Assembly: GCA_907165135.1 (NCBI GenBank)
Contig: OU015569.1
Span: 12,152,001-12,216,000 of the forward strand
Length of the DNA: 64,000 nt
Origin: Oikopleura dioica
Lineage: Eukaryota > Animalia > Chordata
Reading direction: 5' to 3'
Below, piece after piece: positions 22,201 to 33,100 of the stretch. Position numbers and translations under genes: made by a program. Within the stretch, counting starts at the first letter, position 1; every line of letters begins with the position of its first letter. The notes below the pieces were generated by a model that saw only the letters and a program-made list of their open reading frames with translations, made no database searches and was not told the DNA's origin.

Positions 22201-25200
22201 AAAAGCCCGTCTGTTGTCTTGAAGTGCTCCATCCGGTTTGCTTCCTGATCCTTTTCAGCATTAAATTAAGGATGGGGGCGCTTCAAAATCCGGCAAAAAT
22301 CGACACTAAAAACGTTGCAAAAACGGATTATATCGCGATGACACCCTTATTTTATTTTTGTCATTTTACATTTTCAACCTTTATGAATCTCATCGAATTT
22401 CGATTTTAAGAAAGGGACACCCTTATTTTCCCTAAATTTCATAAATACCAATGTAGCACTGGGAAGAAGTGATCGTTCCATTCGCAACAGTTTGCTTGAA
22501 AATCGTTCTTCGGAAGACAGGAATAATCGCAACGACCGAGAGCAACCACGTGAGGGAGCACAGCAAAACGACAAACTTGGGATCCTTGCGCAGCTGCTTG
22601 AGCTTTTTGGCACTAAATTGTGGCTAACCACGGCGAGATATCTGTCCACAGCCATCAACGTTGTTGTCCCTTTTTTGGATTTGAAAATTCGACGCTTTCA
22701 ACGGTAATGATCCTCTCGGTTATCTGGAGCGATTTCCCTAACCGCCTTTCTACCGGTAATTTACGAATAAGACGCACCGTTCGCAGTTGCTGCTTACGTC
22801 AGATCTTATTATTGATTTATCAGCACAAAATTTAATATTTTCTTTTCTAGCAAAAATTTCCAATAAAGACATAAAAATCTTTTTATAGAAGGGTCGAACA
22901 ATGACGAATCTTTTCATCCATCCATCTGACGACGTGATTGGTTGAGGGCAAAAGAAATACACAATGTTTTCAGCTCGACCAATCACGTTGTCCAATGAAT
23001 GGATGGAAAGTTCACCCCTTCTAAAGGAAAGATTTTTTATGTCTTTTTGGAACGGATAGCCCACGTTTTTTCTTTTAGGAAATCTGTTTGATCCTCTGCC
23101 AAGATCATCTTACAACTTTGCTCCCGAAAAGTGATAAGAGCGCGTAAGGGATGATCCTTAGATTCTTAAGTTTCTCTTTTCAAAGCCGAACAGTCCTAGC
23201 ATCACGAACAAGTGAACATTCTTCACCGCCAAGTCCGTGTGGCAAAGCTGGCCTGGGCTCGGCAACCTGTGTAGAAAACCTGACTCAGGGTCCTGAAAAA
23301 GCTTAAATAAAACTTATATTATATAAGGCCAAAAGCCGCTTTTTCAAGAACAAAGCCGCAAAGCGCAGGGGTCAGAAATCTGTGCAGTAAACCTGAGTCA
23401 GAGTCTGAAAGAGCTTAAATGAAAAGCCGCGTAGCGGCTTTTCTAAAACGAAGCCGCAAAGCGGCTTCGCTAGAATTTTCAATGTATTTAAACGGTACCA
23501 TTTTCGAAGCCGCTCTGCGGCTTCGTTTTAAAAGCCGCTACGCGACTTTTATTTGAGCTCTTTCAAACCCTGACTCAGGTTTTCTTCACAGGTTGACAAG
23601 CCTAGGGAAAGCGGCTTTTCCATAATTCGGCGTATCAATTTCGGACCCTGACTCAGGTTTTCTACACAGGTTTTCGAGCCCAGACGCTGGCTGCCGAAGA
23701 TAAAGGTGTTCTTGATTTCTTGATGAATCTTTTTCTTTTCTAGCGCCGAAGCCGGAATCAATCCAGAAGAGATTAGATTCACCCTTTCCTTGTAGTGCCG
23801 AGCGATAGTGAGTGGCTTTCTCGTGTGTTTTAGTTTACCAAGTATGAAGCGATTTAATCGACCTCAAAATTGACTAAATTGACAAGTGCCCCTTCCCCGA
23901 TAAAAAAAGTACAGCCCTTATCCCTCTCCACGCTCACTTGTTTCACCAACTGCACTTTTTAATCGCCGCTTCTTATCAGTTTTGAGAGAAACTCGGCGAG
24001 GAGGAGCGGCTCCTTCTTTCATCGATAAAACTCGCAAATGTATTTTTGCTTGATTGATATTTTTGTTTCGAAACTTGCTACTTGTAGCCTCACGTTTTGC
24101 AAAATTTAAGTTTCGCTATAATTTAATCGGCCCTTTCGGGAGCTCTAATTGGCTCTGATAAGCGAGTTATATCACGCACGATTAAAGCCGCCGAGGAAAC
24201 CACGTTTCCCTTGTTTCATCCTTAGAGTACTGGTTCAACCTGGGTCGTTTTCGCCATTATTAGCTCAGCTCAGCTGAGTTGAGCTGACCTGAGTAAAAAT
24301 TTCTCTGAGCTGACCTGGCCTATTTCGGAGGTTACTGAGCTGAGCTGAACTGAGCTGGCCCTTTTCAGAAGTCATTGAGCGGAGCTGAGCTGAGCGGACC
24401 CTTATTAGAGATGAGCTGAGCTGGTTGAGCTGAGCTAAGCTGTTTTTAGTAGTAAAATTGTGTTAAAATCGTTGAGCTGAGCTGAGCTAAGTGAAAATTG
24501 TCTGAGCTGAGCTGAGCAGATCATTTTCAAAAATCACTGACCTGAGCTGAGCGACTGCTCAACTCACTCAGCTCAGCAAATTTGCAACTCTGGCTCAGCT
24601 CAGTTTCAGAATGAGGCGAGTTCAGCTCAGCTCAATAATTATTGAAAGAAAATCAGCTCAGTTCCAGAGCTCTTTTTGCCGTTACCTGAGCTGCAAATCG
24701 CGTTGCATGCGGTTGAGCTGTTCTTCAATCTCGAATTTCTGATCTTCGAGAGTTTCTCTATCTTTTGGTTTAGAACGAAAAGGGGAAGTTGTTCCCGCGA
24801 TCGATCGGTTTTTGATTGCGTAAAAAGTCACTGGAAAATCTATCATCTTATAATTCTTGCAATAAAAAGTGAAGGAGTCAGGATTTAAAAAATTCCAAAA
24901 AGCCGCGTAGCGGCTTCGTTTTGTGATAGCCGCTACGCGGCTTTTTATCAAAACTATTTCAATTCCTGACTCAGGTTTTCTACATAGGCTGCCGAGCCCA
25001 GCTCTTTTTCAATGTAGCTCAGCTCAGCTCAGAGTTGCAAATTTTGTGAGCAAGCTGTGCTGAGCTGCAGCTCAGCTTCTTAATTTTGAGGTGAGGGTCA
25101 GCCCAGCTCAGTTTTTTGAAAATAAACCAGCTCAGCTAAGCTTAGCTCAGCTCAGCTCAGTGGTTTTTGAATGAGGCCAGCTCAGCTCAGCTAGATTTCG

Positions 25201-26583
25201 ACCTCAGCTCAGCTAGCTCAGCTCAGAAAAATTTTTCAAAAATTTGCAACTCTGGTTCAGTTTAGCTCAGCTCGATATCGACCTAAGCTTAGCTATCCTA
25301 GCCCAGCCAGAATTCTAAAAGCCCGCACTTCTGAGTAAATGATAAAACACATTCCAGGTGAAGAAGCATGAAGATGTCCGCCGCAGCCATGTTCAAAATG
25401 TAGCCAAAAGAGGGATTCATTTTCTAAATAAAAAATCGCCCGAGAATTCAAGCCGAAAGAACGTACCCTTCTCAAAGTGCCCATAAAGACGACAATAACG
25501 ACCAAATTAGCGACCAGTCCAAAAACTCCCAAAACGCCAAAGTAGCAAATCGCAAACCATGACTCGACGGGCACTAGAAAAAAGTAAAAAAATGATTTCA
25601 AAGTTCATTACCGTAACTTGTGATGCTGCTTTCAAAGCTCCCTTTAGCAAGTTTTTTTAGCTGAACACGTGATTCACGTTTTGCGCTAAATGATTTATGC
25701 AGCGCTTTTTCTCACGGCCATTACAGTAATGTCGCTTTACTTTATATGATGCGCATATTTGTTAAATAAATCCTTCTTAGAAAAACTTTTCCTTCAGTAA
25801 GGTACTTCTGTATTTCGGAAATATTGACCTGAAAATACAATGACGGATTCAAAATAAGGGGACCCCTAATTTTACAAAAGAGTGGGCATTTTGGGGTGGC
25901 GTCTGGAACCGACAAAAAAATTCGACAAATTTTGCGTGGGCGGCTTCTCGGCTGCTGATTGGCCGGTTGGCCGAGTTCAGGCTTCTGATTGGTTGACAAT
26001 TTCCACGCAAAATTTGTCGAATTTTTTTCCTGACGCCACCCAAAAAATACCCACTCTTTTGTAAAATATGGGGGTCCCCTTATTTTGAATCCGTTTAAAT
26101 TAGGACTTTTTGTTAATTAGTTTCTCGGATAAAATTTTACCTGAGAATTATTGCTTTCCATCAATCCAAAATATAGTACAACTTCTTTTCGTTTCAAAAT
26201 TAGCTCGATATTTTCATAGTTTTGAAATCAAAAATTACAGAAAAATATTCTCAATAATAAACAAAAACGAACGAAAAACGAGGATTTGCTGTCAGGAAAG
26301 GGAGGAGCTTTTGCTCAGCAGCGATTTTGTGGCAGCTATTACCAGCTGTCGGCATTAAAAGACAAGATACAGATTCGTCGTAAAATCAGAATCCAGCCGC
26401 TGCTGTCACATTTACAGGTCATTTACAGTCATTTAGACAAGTCAGAGGTGCAGCAGGGACGCTCGGCTGACAGTTAATCATTTTCATTCCTACAGTAAGT
26501 TACTGTAGCAATTTTTCTAAACGAAAAATGGGTATTGGACTGTTCCTCCAAGCTTGCAGCTGACTTGCATTGAAAAGATCCAT
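19267..26583 (-). CDS. Class A (rhodopsin-like) GPCR, peptide-receptor-like; apparent 1-bp frameshift near 22616
   Basis: TM1 GVLGVFGLVANLVVIVVF (25460-25580); TM2 YILNMAAADIF (~25330-25430); TM3 LMAVDRYL (~22650); TM4 LTWLLS; TM5 FVFGYFLP..Y (~20850); TM6 CYTPFH; TM7 AINPLFY (19504-19448); C-tail to the stop at 19267. Start codon uncertain. Confidence 0.8.
20197..20766. repeat. Array of four ~123-bp TIR-bounded units separated by ~25-bp AT spacers; the last unit is inverted
   Basis: Each unit is agagacacccttatttt ... cctgtgtaaaaacctgagtcag ... aaaataagggtgtctct. Confidence 0.85.
23252..23682. mobile_element. Nested or adjacent MITE family 1 copies
   Basis: Family TIRs at 23252, 23390, 23570 and 23646. 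Confidence 0.8.
24263..25295. repeat. Two CTCAG-repeat elements (24263-24665, 25014-25295); an hAT-like CAGAG-ended unit at 25030-25254
   Basis: cagagttgcaaattt ... aaatttgcaactctg TIR; flanks gctcagct / gttcagtt (6/8 match). Confidence 0.7.
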
Positions 26584-27187
26584 CGTTAAAAATTCAAGAA
26601 AAAAATTCTCTCTGAAGACGAGGCCGAATGATGATGATTCGGAAGAATTAAGGACGCAGTTAATCCGCAAAAGAGTTGTTGTTTCAAAAAGCGCGGTATT
26701 TGTCATCGTCATTTTTGACCCTCTAAAACGGTCTAAATTACTGTCATTTGCCTCCTTTGCAAGTTGTTTTTGGAGCAGCTAACTTGTAACAATCATTGCT
26801 AAAACGCTGGTTAGGGTTCTGAAAGAGCTTTGATGAAAGCCGCGTAGCGGCTTTTTCAGATACGAAGCCGCAAATGTAAATAATTATTTCAATCTATTAC
26901 TATCTTCTGGCGAAGCCGCTTTGCGGCTTCGTTTCTGAAAAGCCGCTACGCGGCTTTCATCAAAGCTCTTTCAGAACCCTGACTCAGGTTTTCTCCTCAG
27001 ATTACTAAGTCCTGGAAAACCCTTGGGGTCCCCTTAATTTACTGTTACAGTAAGCGGTAGAAAATAAAGCAAGCCAACTGGGCGCACTCGCCCGGGGCCA
27101 GGGCACTCTCTTATCGTTTTTTGGCTGTGATGAGATTTCGAGTTGATTTTTGAACGTCCTTTTTTCTGAAAAGAGAAACTTTCTGAA

Positions 27188-29774
27188 ATGAAATTAGTCG
27201 AAAGAGCGCGGCTAATTTCAGCTGTCGTTTTGTTGGTGGCGCATGGGATGATTATTGTGGACAAGTTCTCTCCTGGATCCTCTGGTGAGTTTCCTCTTAA
27301 AAGAGGAATTAACGATTCATCCCTTTTTCTTTCGAACTTTTGCTGAATTAAGCGTGGATGGATTACTTGGAAATAGCGAGTGGATTTCGCTTTGGGAAAC
27401 GGGCTTCAGAGCAAATTGAAATTAAAATGATAAAAGAGCTGATTTCAGAAAATAATTTGATTTGATTCCAAACATTAAGTTTTCAGGAAAACATTTTTGA
27501 AGCTTATTAAGTACCGATGTAATTGCCACCGTCTATCCGGTCCTAGATTTGAGTGCACAAAGCTTTCCAAAGTAAGTACCCCTAATTCGCGCTCTTCGGA
27601 GCTATTATGATTACTTTTCTTTGAAAATCTTTTGCTTGAACTAATTTCATAGCTCTGAAAACTATGAGCACAAATATGAGCTCAAATTGAGCCCGCTGAA
27701 ATTGAGCTTAGCTCAGAAAAACCGGCTCAAACTGAGATGCATAAAAATCTCTTCGCCCTGAGCTTAGTCCGCTTAGATTGAGCGAAGCTGAGCTGAGTTA
27801 TGTTGAATTTTCCGAAGCTTAGCTAAGCTAAGTTTTGAGCTGACTGAGCTCAGCTTTGAAAAATTACACCCAGCTCAGCTCTTTACAATCTGAGGGGCTG
27901 GGCTCGGCAACCTGTGTGGAAAACCTGAGTCAGGATTTGAAGACCTAAAATAAAAAGCCGCGTAGCGGTTTTCTAAAAACGAAGCCGCAAAGCGGCTTCG
28001 CATTACAATCACTTTGATTTTATTTCAAATAATGGCGAAGCCGCTTCGCGGCTTCCTTTTAAAAGCCGCTAAGCGGCTTTTCATTTTAGGTCTTCAAATC
28101 CTGACTCAGGTTTTCCACACAGGTTGCTGAGGCGGCTCAGCTCAGCGCGAAGAAAATTTCATTTACGCATCTCAGTCTGAGCCCGATGAATCTGAGCTCA
28201 GCTCAATTCGAGCGGGCTCAACAAGCTCAGCTCATATAAATTTTCTTTTCCGCAGCTGAGCTCAAAAAATTCATAAAAATTTCATAAATTTCAGAGCCCG
28301 AGCAACTTCGCTTTGAACGATCTTCCATTCTTCTCCGTCCAGCTAGGATCGCTTTTGGCTTTTTGCTTTGAACTTCTTTTCGTCTTCTGTAAGTTTCCGA
28401 AAAATCCGGTTTTGCAAGATTTTAGATGAATTGCTGACGCTGAAGAAGAAACGGCAAAGCAGCCAAGCCATCTACGGACAAATAATCTTAGGTCAAGCTT
28501 GATTTTAAATTTTTAAATTCAACTAAGCCAGGAAACTGTAGCTCGGATTAAACGTTACGCAGAAATATTTTCAAAAATTTAAAAGCTCCATTAAAGCCCT
28601 CGCATTTTCATTTGGTAAGTCGGCTGTTGATTTCGACAATCTTTTTTCCGAAAATTATCAAAGTGATACCCTTATTATATTCTTCTATCTGGGCTCGGCA
28701 ACCCGTGTAGAAAGCCTGAGTCAGGGTTTGAAAGATCGTTAATGAAAAGCCGCGCAGCGGGTTTTTAAAAACGATTTTTCAGACCCTGACTCAGGTTTTC
28801 TACACAGGTTGTGTAGAATCTTTTCTTCAAAAATTATAAAAGTGATACCCTTATCACATTTTTCTACCTTGGCTCGGCAACCTGTGTAGAAAGCCTGAGT
28901 CAGGGTCGGTTTCAACTTGACTGAAAAGCGCGCAGCGGCTTTTTTAAAAACGAATTTCTTTCAGACCCTGACTCAGGTTTGCTACACGGGTTGCCGAGCC
29001 CAGATAGAAAAATGTAATAAGGGTATCACTTCTATAATTTTTGAAGAAAAGATTCGACACAACCTGTCTAGAAAACCTGAGTCAGGGTCTGAAATAAATT
29101 CGTTTTTAAAAAGCCGCATTAAAAATCTTTCAGACCCTGACTCAGGATTTCAACACAGGTTGCCGAGTCCAGATGTCTACAAAATTGTTATTTTTTCAGC
29201 TTTGTACTCGATCGTGGTGTTTCCTTTGGCGTACGAGTCGGTGATGACAGCGAATTTCAACGGATCTCCTGGCAAAAAGGCTCTCAATTCTTGTTAATAA
29301 GATAATGCTCGCCAAGATAGAGTGTGTTTTAGAAACAGTAGATTGTGGCTTTTGATAGAGTCTGGCGATAAAGCCACTGTATACGAGAAAACGTGTGGAT
29401 GGAGCCTTTTTTCCGTGCTTTGCGGAATAAGAACTTAAATTCATTTAATTTCTTAAAAAGCGAAAATGTGACGTCAGCCTTTTTTTAAGAATTCGAATTC
29501 TAATTTGATCAAAGCAGCAGCCTGGATCAACGTTTTCCAACTTTTTCGAACTCTCGTTCAAAATTCGTTCAATTTTGAGAGCTGCGAAAGCGCCTGTCTG
29601 CTTGACAGAGGTTTCTACTTTTCACTGAGTCACGTGGTTCTGCTCTTTGCTATTTCGCTGACGACTGCGGTGAATTACTGTCGCCAAAGGTGAGTTTTCT
29701 TTTAGCCCTGGATTTTATTGCTCGTTTTTAGGTCTGCGAAGAACACGGTGGACTCTGCTATGGGATATGTTTGA
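27188..29774 (+). CDS. Orphan multipass membrane protein
   Basis: Hydrophobic exons MKLVERARLISAVVLLVAHG, DRFWLFALNFFFVFYELL, ALYSIVVFPLAY, AAWINVFQLF...FSLSHVVLLFAISL, then SAKNTVDSAMGYV*. Several GT-AG joins; some are unresolved. Confidence 0.55.
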
Positions 29775-30146
29775 AATCAAAGATCCAATAAAATTTTACT
29801 TTCCGAGATGACACCCTTATTTTTGGGGATGTGTCAGGAACCGACAAAAAAATTCGACAAATTTTGCGTGGAAATTTTAACCAATCAGAAGCCTAGATTG
29901 GGCTCATCGGCCAATCAGCAGCCGAGTAGCCGCCCACGCAAAATTTGTCGAAATTTTTTGTCGGTTCCTGACGCCACCCTTATTCGGAGGAACTGTGAAT
30001 GGCGTACTTTCATATCGCTAAAAAGTGGTTTCAAGATATCGCTAATTGAAGTGGTCAATTCAATATGCTTCTAAAAACGCGCTTTTTAAATAAGAGTTTT
30101 GAAGAATAAAAAAAAAAGACTTTTTCAAAGAAGACAATCGACATTT

Positions 30147-33100
30147 TTATTGACACAAATAGTCGCCAAGGAAAACCGCCAAAATGCGCAAAATATTGTT
30201 GCAAACGTCTTGGTCCAGCACCGCTTGGCGTTGATCAGAAGAGACGATGTTGTCGTCCAGCAGTCTCATCGTCGCGACTAAAGCTAAAATCAAAAAGCTG
30301 AAGTGAGCAGTTGCTCTGTTTCCACCGTTTTCGCTTTGGAAAGGTGTGCTTTCAGTCCACAGTCCAGAATAAGCGTGAACTTCCTTGTTGAAATAGCTGG
30401 AATCGTGATTCACCAGCAGATTTTTCCTTTCAAACTGGCTCAACAAGACTTGAAATCTTGGCTCGGCAATCTGTGTTGAAAAATTTTCACCTGAGTCAGG
30501 GTCTGTAAGATACTTTTAAAAAACGAAGTCGGAAAGTCAGAATTAATGCCAGAGCGAAAAAATGGAAGTTCTGAATCAGGATTTTGATTGGCTGGTAGGG
30601 CAAATACAGCAATCTTATTGGCCATCAAAAAATGGACTTCCATTTTTTGGTTTGCGCCAGAATTCAGGTAGTTTTGCGAAGCCGCGTTTGATTAAAAATA
30701 TTTCAGACCCTGACTCAGGTTTTCTACACAGGCTGCCGAGCTAAGCTTGAAATAAAAAAAAATATTGGCCTCAGAATGATTATTCGAAAATCGAATTTTG
30801 GTACATTTTTCCAGCTGGGCTCGGCAACCCGTTTAGAAAACCTGAGTCAGGGTCTGACTCAAGAAAGATCTTTAATGAAATGCCGCGCAGCGGCTTCGGC
30901 ATAATTTTATTTTAAACCCTGACTCAGGTTTTCTACTTAGGTGACCGAGCTAAGCTTGAAATAAAAAATAAGAAAATCGAATTTTTGTCGACTGGAGCTC
31001 TTAATCCACGGCAGGAAAAAGGAAATTCCCCGCCTTGAATCATTTTTTAGAACATGTGTTCCTCGTTTTTTCTTTGTTTTTTCTTTGTCTTTTGGCGAGA
31101 AATCCCTGTAGACCGCGATTTCCCTGCTTGAACGGGCGACCTTGCGGATGTAGAAGTAGCGCCAAGGAAAGTGCTCAATATTCCAGAGGAGAAGTCGAGC
31201 TCGCCTTAAAAATGAATGGCGCTTGTTCAAAGTGCCCAAAATTGAACGGCCCCTTTTTTCAATATTCATCGGCGACAATTCTCGCTTCTTGTTTCGAGCC
31301 CGATTCCTTGAGTCGCTTCTCCACAGCTCTGAAATGACTTTTTACAAGTGTAACTTTCACTCTCTTTAATTTCAAATAGGCGAATTTTGAATAGCAGCTC
31401 TAACGAGTCAACTGTAGCTGCTGAATTAATAACAGGGCTTCTACTCAAATAGGCATAAACAAAAAGCCGCATAGCGGCTTTTTCTTGAACAAAGCCGCAA
31501 AGCTTCAAAATTATTTTTTGATAGCGGCTTTTTTTTAATTAAAGCCGCAAATTTGAAAAATAATTTTGAAGCCGCTTTGCGGCTTCGTTCTAGAAAAAGC
31601 CGCTACGCGGCTTCTCATTTTGGCTGTGCAGAACCCTACTCAGGTTTTCTGCACAGGTCCAGACTGGGCTCGGCAACGTGTGTCGAAAACCTGAGTCAGG
31701 GTCCGAAAGAACTGAAATGAAAAGCCGCGTAGCTTATATTACCATAACAATCTATCAAAAATTTTATTTCAGTTCTCTCGGACCCTGACTAAGACTTTCT
31801 ACACAGGTTGCTGAGCCCAGGATCAAGATAAATAAAGCACGCAGTCAGCAGTTGCAGAAGTGATTTTCTAGCGGCAGTGACAGTGGCCTTGAGCTGCGTT
31901 CAACGCGATAGCGGATGATAGCAGCGCCTAATACTTCCTGATTAGCCTAATTACGGCCACTCGACTATTCATCAAGATAGCGCCGAGAAAATAAATAAGA
32001 AAACGTCAAGTAACTAAGAACTTGTCTAACAAGAAAATTTCACCTTATCTGAAACTTTTTTTCTTGTTGAAAAATTCGTATATTCGAATTGAAGTCATTT
32101 CCTGATATGGTCGAATTCGACTTTTGTAGTCTCACTCGTCGCGAATATTTTCGGGTTGCTTCTACCTAGCACATTCAGATCCAGCAAAAAGTGAACATCT
32201 AAAGAACAGACCTCAAAAGGAAAAATTCGAAGGAAAAAAGCCAGACCTTGCAGTTTGCCCTGTTTCTTGAGCGACTCGACAAATTGCTCCGATCCGTTGA
32301 TTTCGTCCAGCGAGTCGGTGAAAATGACTTCGAGGGTTAATTCTGGATTCACTTCCTTCAACAGGTTTATTTAAAGTAAAAAGGGGGAGGGGTTCTTTAA
32401 CCTCAAGGTAACCGGTTTTAAGGGTACTACCGTCGATTTCCCCAATGACCGTCAAGTTAGGGAAATCGAAGGTAGTACCCTTAAGAATGTCAAATCAGTT
32501 AAATAAATGGACTAAACAATTTTTGGATTACCAATAAGATTGCTGTATTTGGCCTACCGACCAATCAAAACCCTTTCCGTAAAAATCTGTTCCAAAAATT
32601 GGTTCTACCCAAAAACTTCCCCAAGGGCAAGAACCAAAAAATGGAAGTGATTTTTAGATCAGGGTTTTGATTGGCCGGGAGGCTAAATACAGCAATCTTA
32701 TTGGTTACCCAAAATTGTATTTCCATAAATTGGTTTATTCCTTTTTATGTGGGAAAATATCGTTTGAGATTGATGTTTGTTTTGGGAAAAACCTGGCCTT
32801 TGCTTTGCATAGCAGCTCATCCATCACTTTTAGCGTCGGGAATCGGGGTTAATTCCTTTATTATTTTTCATTTTTTCAAATTAATGGCTTCTTTATTTTT
32901 ACTGATTTTAACCCCCTGCGTATAAAATAATCGCTGAATCGCCAGTTCCTAATTTTTCAAAGCATTTTAAATTGAACGCGCTTATTTTTGGCGGAAATTA
33001 AATTGGCTGTTTCGATTCTTTTGGAACTGTTTCTTTCGGAACCACAGCTTCGACTTCTTCTGCTGACGGAGTTTTGCTTGTTCTTTGATAGTTGCGCACG

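Noticed and set aside
27355-27410. RFamide-like FRFGKR neuropeptide precursor next to the GPCR
   Set aside because: Single motif, and the downstream exons encode several TM helices, so it is most likely a loop.
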